From: Bacteroidales bacterium
Lineage (GTDB): Bacteria > Bacteroidota > Bacteroidia > Bacteroidales > S143-32
Assembly: GCA_015489405.1 (NCBI GenBank)
Contig: WFZU01000029.1
Location: forward strand, 1-52,980
DNA length: 52,980 nucleotides
Direction: 5' to 3'
This document shows positions 37,401 to 46,403 of the stretch, one piece after another (within the stretch, counting starts at the first letter, position 1; each line of letters opens with the position of its first letter). The position numbers and the translations under genes are program-made. Below the pieces are notes generated by a model. It did no database searches and had not been told where the DNA came from. It was given only the letters and a program-made list of their open reading frames with translations.

Positions 37401-38201
37401 GTGGATTTTATCGTCCCCAAAGACATCATTTATGCTTATGGAATGGGAAAGATAAGCCTTTACGCACACAATGATGAATTTGATGCTGCCGGCTATCAGG
37501 ATATTGTAGTCGGAGGTATTCAAGAAGGGGGCATCGCAGACGACACTCCCCCCGAAGTTCAGATTTCCATTAATGACTGGTTGTTTGAAAACGGAGGGGT
37601 TACCAATGAAAACCCCATTATGCTTGCCAAGACGTATGACGAAAGCGGCATCAACACCTCCGGTTCGGGCATAGGGCACAATCTTGAGCTAACTTTGGAC
37701 AACACTAAAACCTTTGTCGTAAATGACTTCTACGAAACCGAATTGAATGATTTTACACACGGACACATCACCTACCCTCTTTACGGACTGTCTGACGGAC
37801 CTCATACGATGACCCTGCGTGTTTGGGATGTTTTCAACAACTCCAACACGGCAAGCATTGATTTTATCGTGGTGCCATCGCAACAAATGGCAATTAAATA
37901 TCTCATGAACTATCCCAATCCGTTCTCTTATGCGATGGGAACTCATTTCAGTTTTCAGCATAATCAATCGGAGGATCAGATCGATGTGGAACTCCAAATC
38001 TACTCCACTTCCGGACGCTTGGTAAATATCATCAAAGACTTCTCGGAAGGAGGAAATTACGTGTATAAGTCCGGTGCTTGGGATGGGAAAGACATGAACG
38101 GTAATCTTATCAAAAGCGGCACCTACATCTATAAATTGGTAGTCCGCAATGCCGCCGGAAAATATGAGACGGCTACCAGCAAGCTGGTTTATATTCGCTA
38201 A
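34446..38201 (+). CDS. porU: PorU-like C25-family cysteine peptidase (T9SS sortase family), paralog 1
   Basis: 1251 aa with a signal peptide. The propeptide-like block is GIYKLTYSDLQSLGI...IYGNGGGMLPE. The C25 catalytic dyad context is LNYVGHGGEAGW (His) and LFITATCELTRFD (Cys). The C-terminal beta-sandwich/CTD-like end is YPNPFSY...GTYIYKLVV. The symbol is assigned on family resemblance only. Confidence 0.7.
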   Translation: MKKLIILNFVFLFCASVSLVQAQRYSVQLKWNTIQIDRANGTPQKILSFQDASYEEGSDLPVFYKRIPVAPGLRYQADITHIRYEPVFDESMLSKLKDKAKNQLAVKTYTAQAGKETFLIVEFLPFVKDPASGFINKVVSFDIRLRSKGAKDLQKGKKYAENSVLAQGDWYKISVNNTGIYKLTYSDLQSLGIAVSSINPQQLKIYGNGGGMLPEDITAPRYDDLQENAIYVYGEEDGVFNEGDYILFYGKGPDTEMYSLDGNFSYQKNIYTGEVDYFITVSEGAGKRIGIQAQSTAAATYTVNSYDYLYHHESEEYNLNRSGKMWVGEKFDFTTSYEFPIDIPNLDLNSPVELKFNLAAQSKTVSQFSFYINNSFLTSKTVSKLPGGAFGDVGTIASGTKTFDAPGNNFTLKIEYIKPLSTSVGYLDFFSLKTICHLQFGSGQLPFRSIAGVGEGNVSQFEISTANPDLRIWDVSDPLNVQQQDFNFAGGKAQFKLATNHLHEFVAFDGSAFLQAGLIGNVPNQNLHAVRDKNMIIISYPDFVNQAERLANFHATKDNFSTAIVTPQQIYNEFSNGVQDVTAIRDFLKMVFDNSISGTPLQYVLLFGDASYDYKGILYPHANLVPVWENADSPMSQTVSYATDDFFAQLTDDDLLDISLGRFPVNTPDEAKDAVDKTFNYVNKSKEVFGDWRNVSCLIADDEEGGLFVNQCEELADIIAQKDSTINIDKIYLDAYQQEATPSGQRYKDVEDAISRRLSKGTLILNYVGHGGEAGWAHERIVKISDIANWDNTYRLPLFITATCELTRFDNPGRLSAGELMFTNPKGGAIALYTTTRPTFGGANHALSKRIYTNALQKFDGEQLSMGEVLRKSKNNTKKGINSFKYVFVGDPAIKLALPGQKVNVTEVSVDTIKALAYVQIHGNVSNEAGDVFNDFNGEADIKVFDKFVNYKTLGNDPNSPIETFQEQDHVIYNGKASVINGKWQVDFIVPKDIIYAYGMGKISLYAHNDEFDAAGYQDIVVGGIQEGGIADDTPPEVQISINDWLFENGGVTNENPIMLAKTYDESGINTSGSGIGHNLELTLDNTKTFVVNDFYETELNDFTHGHITYPLYGLSDGPHTMTLRVWDVFNNSNTASIDFIVVPSQQMAIKYLMNYPNPFSYAMGTHFSFQHNQSEDQIDVELQIYSTSGRLVNIIKDFSEGGNYVYKSGAWDGKDMNGNLIKSGTYIYKLVVRNAAGKYETATSKLVYIR

Positions 38202-38299
38202 AACAGATTCATTATGTCTATTGACAATTGAAAAGTAATAACCGCCGGATGACAAAGAAATATTTTACTATCTTTGCATCCGGTTTTTATGGCAAAAAT

Positions 38300-41200
38300 A
38301 TGAAACAAAAATATATTTTCCTTTTATTTCTTTTCATCGGGGGCTTACAGTCCGTTTTTGCCCAAGAAGAGAAGACTATTACGACTGAATTTCACTGGAA
38401 CGGAGTGCAGCAAGCGGGCGGTATCCCTTTTCTCTCTTGCGAAGAAGCCCAAGACCTCACGCCGGAGGGACTTCCGGTGTACGCTCTTGTTGAAGCCGGA
38501 GAGGCTGCCGGCATATCCGTTTCTTATACGATAAAAGCATTTTCCCCCCTTAGCGAAGAAGAGAAAGCATTCGTCTCATCGATAGAACTTCCTGCTTTTC
38601 ATATTGAGAAAAAGCTCCGTCATTTTCGCAAACAAGCCCGTTGGGTCATCTCTTTCATCCCTTTGGCTATCAACGAAAAAACGCACCAATGGGAAAAGAT
38701 ACGTTCCATAGAAATAAAGATTCAAACTGAGCCGGACACCAAATCTCCCATTCACCAACAAATAAACTATGCCGAACAGTCCGTACTCCGGCAAGGAACC
38801 TGGCATAAAATATCCGTGGATACCACCGGCATATTCAAAATTTCGTACCAAGATTTCGTGGACTATGGCATAAATCCGGACGATATTGTGCCTGAAAATA
38901 TACGGATTTTCGGTAACGGCGGACGCAATATGCCGGAAACTCTTTCGTTACCGCGGGAAGATGATTTAAAAGAGCTCTCCATTGACGTGGAAGACGGTAA
39001 TGACGGTTCTTTTGACCCGGGCGATTTCGTTTTGTTTTACGCCACAGGTCCGGAAAACAGGGACTTCGTCAATCAGGAATACTATCGCTATTCACCTAAT
39101 ATTTATACCCGGAAGTCCTACTATTTCTTGACCCTCGATCAAGGTAGCGGTCTTCGTATTCCTACCGATGACACCCCCCTTACACCTACGGACACCATCA
39201 ACAGTTTCCCGGATGTTCTCCACTATGAGGTAGATGAAGAAAACCTTATAGCCTCCGGCAAAAGGTGGTACGGACATGCGTTGGGCGAAGGCGAATCCTT
39301 AAATTTTACGATGCACCTGCAAAATCCTGTCCCCAATACGGAATACCGGATTGAATATGCGCTGGCAGCACGCATCTTTTCCAATGGGAAAGTGGCTTTT
39401 ACAATCAACCAAAATGTGGGTGACAGCAATATTATCTTTTTCAAACCGAACCTTTTCAAAGTAGCTCACAGGCATGAGAAGCATTATTCTTTTCCGCTCA
39501 CTTCAGAAGATCTCAACTTCTCTTTTTTCTGCCTGCCCAACAATCCTTCATCCAAAATATGGTTTGATTATTTGACGCTTACCTATCAAAGACAATTAAT
39601 TTTTGATTCCGGAGCGATGCAATTTATTGATTTTGCCAAAGAGGGCAACAAACGTTCACTTTTCCGGATACAATCCCCACCGGATGCCGGCGTATGGGAT
39701 GTCAGTACTCCCAATGCTCCGGTAGCTATTCAGACCGCATACGACGATGGAATACTCTCTTTTGTCCGGCAGATTAACAATACAAATACATTTGTGATAC
39801 TGGACAAGGGCGCTTCTTTTCCACATCCTCATTATGAGTCTCCCGTTACTCCCCAAAATATCCATGCGGCAGCGACAGCGGATATGGTCATAGTAGCTCC
39901 GGAAGCATACCTTCCGCAAGCGCAACGATTGGCGGATCTCCATGCTGCTAAAGACGGATTGAGTTGTCTCGTGTTGAGCGACCAAAATGTCTATAATGAG
40001 TTTTCTTCCGGGAAAATGACCCCTGTTGCCATCCGGAATATGATGAAATTTTTCTATGATAAATACCCGGACAACTATCCTAAATACTTGCTGCTTATGG
40101 CAGACGGAAGTTATGATTACAAAGGAATATTGGGCACAACCGAAAACCAAATCCCCCCTTTTGAGACCCTGCAATCGCTTATGAAAACGAACTCTGTTGT
40201 GATTGAAGATTTTTTCGGTTGTCTGGATGATGACGAAGGAGACGACGGGGAGGGTATTGTGGATATTGCCACCGGCAGAATGTGTGTTTCCTCTTATGAG
40301 CAGGCTAAACAGATGGTTGACAAAATAGAGAAATACATGAATGACAGTGAAATATGCGGAGATTGGCAGCGTAAAATATGCTTTATTGCGGACGACGAGG
40401 AAGGCAACCTGTTCCTGTCGCAAGCTGACACCATAGCAGTTCGTACCCGGAGAACAAATCCGGATATAGAGAATGTAAAAATCTATTTTGACACATATCA
40501 ACAACAGCAGACCCCTAATGGAGACCGGTATCCGGACGTAAATCAACGTATCAACCAAACCATAGACCGGGGTGCCCTGATTGTTAATTATATCGGTCAT
40601 GGTAGTGAAATAGGCTGGTCGGAAGAGCGCGTCTTGGATATTTCGATGATTAATTCGTGGAACAACAACCGCTATCCTCTCTTTGTAACGGCTACGTGCG
40701 AATTTAGCAAATTTGACGATGTCAATAAGATTTCCGGAGGCGAACTCACATATCTCAATCCTCATGGTGGTGCTATTGCCATGATTACTACGTACCGCTT
40801 GGCTTGGGCAGGCGCCAATAACATTCTGAATAAAAAGTTTTTTAACAATCTTTTCAATATCCAAGACAATAATTTTCTCAGACTTGGCGACATTTATATT
40901 TTATCCAAGAATGTAGGAGCTACGAGCCGTAAAAATATCGGCATACTCGGTGACCCGGCGCTTCGCCTTGCGCTGCCCTCCTACCGGATAAAAGATTTTA
41001 CGATAAGCAATCAAACTGCTCTTGATACGCTGCAATCGTTGATGGAAGTAAATTTTGAAGCAAAAGTTTATGACCTCAATGATAATTTTATGCAGGATTT
41101 TAATGGAAATGCCGAAATACAACTTTTTGACAAGAAACAAAAAATCCACACATTGGGGAACGATTCGCCGGAATTAAAGACGACCTACTACGTACAAAAT

Positions 41201-42049
41201 ACCCTGTTGAACAAAGTTATTGTTCCGGTAGATTCGGGAACTATTTCAGGCTCCATCTTTGTCCCCTTGGACATGGAACAAGAATACGGACAAGGATTGT
41301 TCAGACTGTTTGCCAAAGACGGAGGCAAAACGGCTATGGGCTCCTTTGATGATTTTATGCTCGGCGGCACCGATGCCGACGCAAGCATTGACAACACTCC
41401 CCCCGCAATTTCCTTGTATATCAATGATAATAGCTTCCGGAATGGGGATACGATTTCGAATGAAGCTGTTCTGTTGGCAAATTTGAGCGATGAGCATGGA
41501 ATAAATATTTCCAATCAAGGATTAGGGCATGACCTCTTTATGTACATTGACGATGATTTCGGAAACCCCATTCTGCTTCCGGACTATTATCATCCGGAAT
41601 CCGGCGCTATCTGTTGCGGCTCTGTAACTTATGCTTTGGAGCAGTTGGAAACCGGACAACATACGATACAGCTCTTTGCCTGGGATAACTACAATAACCG
41701 GGGCAGTGCAAATATCTCTTTCTATTTCCTGAAAGAAAAAGAAATTATCAGAAATAGAATTTACGTTGCTCCCAACCCCTTGGAGCAATCTACAAGTTTT
41801 TATTTTTCCGATGCGCCGGACTACGAAAACTTTGATATACAGCTGTTTATCTACGACTTGAACGGCAAAGAACGCTACCGCTACGAAAATTCCGTATTTA
41901 CCCTACGGGGAGATTATAAGTTGTTCTCTTGGGACGGCAGGGACCTGCAAGGACATCGCTTGCCTGCGGGAGTATATCTCTATTATGCTATCATCCGTGA
42001 TGAATTAGGGCATCGCTTCATCCAATCTCAAAAAATTATTGTCCGTTAA
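38300..42049 (+). CDS. PorU-like C25-family cysteine peptidase (T9SS sortase family), paralog 2
   Basis: The ORF track start at 38228 is a TTG. The ATG at 38300 gives the signal peptide MKQKYIFLLFLFIGGLQSVFAQ. It is collinear with paralog 1 (GIFKISYQDFVDYGI, IFGNGGRNMPE, YDYKGIL, IADDEEGNLF, VNYIGHGSEIGW, LFVTATCEFSKFD, GDPALRLALP, DNTPPAI) and has a CTD-like end (VAPNPLEQSTSFYF...GVYLYYAII). Confidence 0.7.
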   Translation: MKQKYIFLLFLFIGGLQSVFAQEEKTITTEFHWNGVQQAGGIPFLSCEEAQDLTPEGLPVYALVEAGEAAGISVSYTIKAFSPLSEEEKAFVSSIELPAFHIEKKLRHFRKQARWVISFIPLAINEKTHQWEKIRSIEIKIQTEPDTKSPIHQQINYAEQSVLRQGTWHKISVDTTGIFKISYQDFVDYGINPDDIVPENIRIFGNGGRNMPETLSLPREDDLKELSIDVEDGNDGSFDPGDFVLFYATGPENRDFVNQEYYRYSPNIYTRKSYYFLTLDQGSGLRIPTDDTPLTPTDTINSFPDVLHYEVDEENLIASGKRWYGHALGEGESLNFTMHLQNPVPNTEYRIEYALAARIFSNGKVAFTINQNVGDSNIIFFKPNLFKVAHRHEKHYSFPLTSEDLNFSFFCLPNNPSSKIWFDYLTLTYQRQLIFDSGAMQFIDFAKEGNKRSLFRIQSPPDAGVWDVSTPNAPVAIQTAYDDGILSFVRQINNTNTFVILDKGASFPHPHYESPVTPQNIHAAATADMVIVAPEAYLPQAQRLADLHAAKDGLSCLVLSDQNVYNEFSSGKMTPVAIRNMMKFFYDKYPDNYPKYLLLMADGSYDYKGILGTTENQIPPFETLQSLMKTNSVVIEDFFGCLDDDEGDDGEGIVDIATGRMCVSSYEQAKQMVDKIEKYMNDSEICGDWQRKICFIADDEEGNLFLSQADTIAVRTRRTNPDIENVKIYFDTYQQQQTPNGDRYPDVNQRINQTIDRGALIVNYIGHGSEIGWSEERVLDISMINSWNNNRYPLFVTATCEFSKFDDVNKISGGELTYLNPHGGAIAMITTYRLAWAGANNILNKKFFNNLFNIQDNNFLRLGDIYILSKNVGATSRKNIGILGDPALRLALPSYRIKDFTISNQTALDTLQSLMEVNFEAKVYDLNDNFMQDFNGNAEIQLFDKKQKIHTLGNDSPELKTTYYVQNTLLNKVIVPVDSGTISGSIFVPLDMEQEYGQGLFRLFAKDGGKTAMGSFDDFMLGGTDADASIDNTPPAISLYINDNSFRNGDTISNEAVLLANLSDEHGINISNQGLGHDLFMYIDDDFGNPILLPDYYHPESGAICCGSVTYALEQLETGQHTIQLFAWDNYNNRGSANISFYFLKEKEIIRNRIYVAPNPLEQSTSFYFSDAPDYENFDIQLFIYDLNGKERYRYENSVFTLRGDYKLFSWDGRDLQGHRLPAGVYLYYAIIRDELGHRFIQSQKIIVR

Positions 42050-42054
42050 TACTT

Positions 42055-42744
42055 ATGAAACATTTCCCCGTAAACCAATGGGCTGTAGAAGACCGTCCGA
42101 GAGAAAAATTGCGTAACAAAGGTAGAAAGGCACTTACCGACGCCGAGCTTCTTGCCATTCTTTTAGGTTCAGGCTCACGTGATGAAACGGTATTGGAACT
42201 CTCCCAAAGAATATTGCGGGACCATAATAATAATCCGTATATTCTTTCCCGGCTTTCCATCGACCAATTGATGCAATATAAAGGTATCGGAGAAGCCAAA
42301 GCCATCACTGTCATCGCCGCATTGGAATTGGGAAACCGTATCCGCACTTTCAAGGCAAGTCAGAAAAAAATCAATTCCAGCAAAACAGCTTTTGAATATT
42401 TTCATGGAATCTTGGGACAAAATAATCATGAAGAATTTCATATTTTGCTGCTCAACCGTTCCAATCATGTCATCCGTCCGGTAAAAATCAGTGAAGGCGG
42501 CTTTGCCGGCACACTTGTTGACCCCAAAAAACTTTTTAAAATTGCCTTGGAAAATGCCGCTTCCTCAATGATTTTATGCCACAATCATCCCTCCGGAAAT
42601 ATACAGCCCTCCCAAGAAGATATACGTCTGACCAAACGCCTTGTGGAAGCAGGGAAACTCCTGACATTGGAGGTATTAGACCACATTATTATCGGTGGAA
42701 ACGACTATTACAGTTTTGCCGATGAAGGGAAAATCGAGCGATAG
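42055..42744 (+). CDS. radC: RadC-family JAMM-domain protein
   Basis: N-terminal HhH region (LTDAELLAILLGSG) and the JAMM motif LCHNHPSGNIQPSQED. Length 229 aa. Confidence 0.9.
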   Translation: MKHFPVNQWAVEDRPREKLRNKGRKALTDAELLAILLGSGSRDETVLELSQRILRDHNNNPYILSRLSIDQLMQYKGIGEAKAITVIAALELGNRIRTFKASQKKINSSKTAFEYFHGILGQNNHEEFHILLLNRSNHVIRPVKISEGGFAGTLVDPKKLFKIALENAASSMILCHNHPSGNIQPSQEDIRLTKRLVEAGKLLTLEVLDHIIIGGNDYYSFADEGKIER

Positions 42745-42770
42745 GGATTGCCCTTTTGCCACGGAAGTCA

Positions 42771-43496
42771 TCATTTTTCTTGCGAAGATTCAAGCAACTT
42801 GCGGATAATCTCCGCCGCCATAAAATTGCCAAACAAAACCGGCATATAGGAGATAGTGCCTGCCGTTGTCTTTTTATTTCTCTCGTTCTCAGTATATTGA
42901 ATTTTCTCCTTACTCACATATTCCGGAGAGAACACCACTCGCACCCCTTTATGAATATTCAGTTTATGCAACCGTTTGCGCAGCATTCTACCGAAGCGGC
43001 AACCGTATGATTTGGATATATCCGCTACCTGTATCTGCGAAGGGTCCAGCTTCCCTCCCGCCCCCAAGGAACTGACCAACGGAACATTATGTCGCAATCC
43101 ATAGGAAATGAGCGCCACTTTGGGTTGGAGCGTATCGATAGCATCTGCGATGATATCCACCCCTCCGGGAAAAAGACTCTCGATATTCTCCTCAAAGATA
43201 AAATCCGAAAAAGTGTTCAGCTGTATTTCCGGATTAATAGCTCGCAAGCGTGTCTCCCAAGCTATGATTTTTTGCATTCCGACCGTGTTATGATCAGCAA
43301 TCAACTGCCGGTTAATATTCCCGTGCGTAATAATGTCCGCATCCAGAATGCTCAACTTCCCTATTCCGGCTCTCGCCAATGATTCGGCACAACTGCCGCC
43401 AACGCCACCCATTCCGGCGACAAAGACGTGCGCCTCTTTCAATTGTTGCAATTTTTCTTCTCCCAACAGCAAACGGGTTCTCTGTTGCCAATCCAT
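42771..43496 (-). CDS. tcdA: tRNA threonylcarbamoyladenosine dehydratase (ThiF/E1-like)
   Basis: Rossmann motif VAGMGGVGGSCAESLARAGIGKLSILDAD. The length of 241 aa and the sequence pattern are typical of TcdA/CsdL. Confidence 0.8.
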   Translation of the reverse strand: MDWQQRTRLLLGEEKLQQLKEAHVFVAGMGGVGGSCAESLARAGIGKLSILDADIITHGNINRQLIADHNTVGMQKIIAWETRLRAINPEIQLNTFSDFIFEENIESLFPGGVDIIADAIDTLQPKVALISYGLRHNVPLVSSLGAGGKLDPSQIQVADISKSYGCRFGRMLRKRLHKLNIHKGVRVVFSPEYVSKEKIQYTENERNKKTTAGTISYMPVLFGNFMAAEIIRKLLESSQEK

Positions 43497-43551
43497 ATTT
43501 TCATTTTCTGATTACCATCTCCATTCTTTCCGGATAGCCGGAATGCGGCTG

Positions 43552-43559
43552 CAAAAGTA
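43552..43559 (-). promoter_or_regulatory. Candidate -7 promoter box (TACTTTTG) for tcdA
   Basis: The reverse complement of CAAAAGTA matches TAnnTTTG, about 56 nt upstream of the ATG at 43496. Confidence 0.35.
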
Positions 43560-43804
43560 GATAAAAGTTTGAATGATAACATAGCGATTTAACAGCCTGA
43601 AAAAAATACTGCCGCTCATAGACCGGGAATTGCTCTGAACAGAATATTTTCTCCGCAGGAAGAAAAAAAGTGATTTTTTAGTGGTAAGATATTTTTTATT
43701 ACTTTTACAACGTAAAATGATACGGACAGCTCCCCGGGGAAAACACTCCTTTCAATCATTTTTTTCGCCGGAGGCGCATTGAGTATCAGCAAAATAAGAA
43801 TGGA

Positions 43805-46117
43805 ATGATAAAGGAAAAATATCACGAGAGTGCCGTTATCACAGCACAAGGAAAAGTCCGTTATATCGGTGATTTGGATTTTGGGACTCAGATGTTGGAG
43901 GCATATATTGTCAGGAGCCCTTTTGCCAGAGCCGGTCTTTATTCTTTTGATTTGGAGGCAGCAAAGGGAGTAGAAGGTGTTTTTGCCGTGCTCTCCTACA
44001 AAGATATTCCCGGCACAAACCAAATGGGACCTATCGCTCACGATGAGCCATGCTTGGTGGAGAAAGAAATCTTTTTTAAGGGGCAACCGCTCTTTCTCAT
44101 TGCGGCACGAGACAGGAAAACGGCAAAACAAGCCGCCCGCCTGATACAAACCGACCTCCGGGAACAAAAAGCTATCCTGACACTGGATGAGGCAATACAA
44201 GCCGGTGAACATATCGGCACGCCCCGGAAAATAGAACGAGGCAATACCGGCGAAGCGTTGGCAAATTCTTCCAATACTTTGGAAGGCGAACTGTACACCG
44301 GAGGGCAAGAACATTGGTATCTCGAGACCCATATTTCCGTTGCCGTCCCCGGAGAAGACAGCGAGATGAAAGTCTATGCTTCCACCCAACACCCTTCGGA
44401 GACCCAAGCTATCGTAGCGGAAGTCCTGGGGATACAACGCAACGAAGTGGAAGTGGAAACCCGCCGTATGGGAGGCGCTTTCGGAGGGAAGGAAACCCAA
44501 GCGAATCACTATGCCGCATATGCCGCCCTCTTGGCAAAACATACCGGCAGACCGGTACGACTGCAACTCGAACGTGAAGAAGACCAGGCAAATACGGGAA
44601 AAAGACACCCTTTCAAAATACGCTATAAAGCCGGATTTTCCGGTGACGGAAAGATACATGCCCTCGATATCGAGCTGCTGGCAGACGGAGGAAGCAGCCT
44701 GGACCTTTCGGGTGCCATCCTCGAACGTGCTATGTTTCATGTGGACAATACGTACTATATTCCCAACATGCGCGTCAGGGGAATGATTTACCGTACCAAC
44801 AAACCTTCCAATACCGCTTTCAGAGGATTCGGAGGACCGCAGGGCATCGTCGCCATAGAAAATATCATTGAAGAAGTAGCCCGCCGTTGCCGTTTAGACC
44901 CGTATGATGTCCGGAAGCGCAATTTTTACACGGGAAAAAATAATGTCACCCACTACCTCCAAAAAGTGGAAAATATACGTTTGCCCCTCTTGGAGGAAAA
45001 ATTATCGGAAAAGGTAAACTATCGTGAAAGAAGGAAACAAGTTCAAGTTTTCAACCGGCAACATACCTACCGGAAAAGAGGACTGGCAATGCAAGCCCTG
45101 AAATTCGGAATTTCTTTTACGACCAGCTTTTTAAACCAAGCGGGCGCCCTGGTGAATATTTACCAAGACGGCACCCTGCTCGTCAATCACGGTGGCACCG
45201 AAATGGGACAAGGCTTACATACTAAAATCAGGCGTATTGCAGCCTTGGAAATGGGAATAGACGAAAGCCATATTAAAGTGAATGCTACCAACACTTCCAA
45301 AGTTCCCAACACTTCCGCCACGGCGGCTTCTTCGGGGACAGACCTCAATGGTATGGCAGTAAAAAATGCCGTGGACAAACTCAAAAAACGCTTGGCAAAC
45401 TTCTTTTTGCAAACCAAAAAAAGTGAGGCGCCCTTGGAGTCGGTAATATTCCAAGACGGAAAAGTATTTTTGAGAGAGCAGCCGGAGGTAAGCATTGATT
45501 TTGCAAAACTCGTGCAAGAGGCATATTTCGCACAGATAAGTTTAAGCGCCACAGGATTTTATAAAACACCGGACATATATTATGACAAATCAAAAGGAGC
45601 AGGGAAACCCTTTCATTATTTTGCTTTCGGCATAGTCATTTCGGAAGTGGAAGTCAACATCCTGACCGGAGAGACCAAAGTCTTGTCCGTCGATATAGTG
45701 CATGACGCCGGCAAAAGTATTCATCCGGAGATTGATTTGGGACAGGTAGAAGGTGGTTTTGTACAAGGTATGGGCTGGGTACTCTACGAAGAATTGCGCT
45801 ACGATGAAAAGGGGCGCTTATTGACCGATTCGCCCGGCACCTATAAGATTCCGGCTTTCCCGGATATTCCGGAACATTTTAGTGCCGTTCTCTTAAAGTC
45901 CGCACCTAATCCCAATACTATTCGTCAGAGCAAGGCGGTCGGCGAACCTCCGTTTATGTTAGCCATCTCCGTATGGCTGGCAGTCAAAGATGCGCTGGCT
46001 TCCGTCTATGACTATCACATAGAAGCGCCCTTGCAACTGCCGGCAACGGGTGAGGAAATTTTGAGCACCTTGGAAAGGATGAGAAAAGATGCGGCTGTCC
46101 GTTTGAAATCAAGCTAA
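43805..46117 (+). CDS. xdhB: Xanthine dehydrogenase/oxidase family molybdopterin-binding large subunit (XdhB-like)
   Basis: 770 aa. Conserved blocks of the Mo-hydroxylase large subunit are present: GGQEHWYLET, RRMGGAFGGKETQ, FRGFGGPQG, GGTEMGQGLHTK and SKAVGEPPF. No FAD or 2Fe-2S subunit gene is adjacent. Confidence 0.85.
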   Translation: MIKEKYHESAVITAQGKVRYIGDLDFGTQMLEAYIVRSPFARAGLYSFDLEAAKGVEGVFAVLSYKDIPGTNQMGPIAHDEPCLVEKEIFFKGQPLFLIAARDRKTAKQAARLIQTDLREQKAILTLDEAIQAGEHIGTPRKIERGNTGEALANSSNTLEGELYTGGQEHWYLETHISVAVPGEDSEMKVYASTQHPSETQAIVAEVLGIQRNEVEVETRRMGGAFGGKETQANHYAAYAALLAKHTGRPVRLQLEREEDQANTGKRHPFKIRYKAGFSGDGKIHALDIELLADGGSSLDLSGAILERAMFHVDNTYYIPNMRVRGMIYRTNKPSNTAFRGFGGPQGIVAIENIIEEVARRCRLDPYDVRKRNFYTGKNNVTHYLQKVENIRLPLLEEKLSEKVNYRERRKQVQVFNRQHTYRKRGLAMQALKFGISFTTSFLNQAGALVNIYQDGTLLVNHGGTEMGQGLHTKIRRIAALEMGIDESHIKVNATNTSKVPNTSATAASSGTDLNGMAVKNAVDKLKKRLANFFLQTKKSEAPLESVIFQDGKVFLREQPEVSIDFAKLVQEAYFAQISLSATGFYKTPDIYYDKSKGAGKPFHYFAFGIVISEVEVNILTGETKVLSVDIVHDAGKSIHPEIDLGQVEGGFVQGMGWVLYEELRYDEKGRLLTDSPGTYKIPAFPDIPEHFSAVLLKSAPNPNTIRQSKAVGEPPFMLAISVWLAVKDALASVYDYHIEAPLQLPATGEEILSTLERMRKDAAVRLKSS

Positions 46118-46402
46118 AAAGATGATGTCTTCGACAATCCGCTTTCCGTGATAATCAATGAATTTCTGCATTATTTCGCTTTTACGGTATTGCAAATCAT
46201 TGCGCAAAGCGGCGGATTTCAGTTTTACAAAGAGTTTGTTGTCTTTTACGTAAAGTTGAAGAGTTTGACCGGCAACCTCCTCCCCCATTACAGGCGCCCA
46301 CGACAATCGCAAATCGCTTTCCGACAGCTTCTTGCGCATTCCGTAAGCCTCAATAAGTTCGTTGAGCAGGTCTTCAATTTTTTTCTCTTCCCGGTGCCAC
46401 AT
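46109..46402 (-). CDS. DUF721 domain-containing protein
   Basis: 97 aa, immediately downstream of recF, which is the conserved position. The sequence WAPVMGEEVAGQT...LFVKLKSAALRNDL fits DUF721. Confidence 0.7.
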   Translation of the reverse strand: MWHREEKKIEDLLNELIEAYGMRKKLSESDLRLSWAPVMGEEVAGQTLQLYVKDNKLFVKLKSAALRNDLQYRKSEIMQKFIDYHGKRIVEDIIFLA

Positions 46403-46403
46403 T

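Noticed and set aside
38228-38299. N-terminal extensions in the ORF track that start at TTG (38228, 13739, 17349, 30755) or upstream ATG (1296, 9593, 19283, 27965, 47555)
   Set aside because: Downstream ATG codons give canonical signal peptides or family-typical N-termini and remove overlaps with neighbouring genes, so the shorter models are preferred.
39656-40864. 402-aa minus-strand ORF. Similar long antisense ORFs occur at 32368-33390 (+), 22695-23504 (+), 47064-47777 (+) and 37011-37679 (-).
   Set aside because: All lie fully inside, and antisense to, genes with clear family signatures (PorU-like, T9SS protein, P-type ATPase, RecF). Their translations look like low-complexity shadow frames.
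43616-44740. 374-aa minus-strand ORF
   Set aside because: It is antisense to the strongly recognisable XdhB-like gene. The translation is Cys/Phe/Ser/Leu-rich with no motifs, which marks it as a shadow ORF.
46109-46117. 9-bp overlap of the convergent xdhB and DUF721 3' ends, and 19-bp overlap of ispH and recF
   Set aside because: Short overlaps of this kind are common in compact bacterial genomes and need no special explanation.
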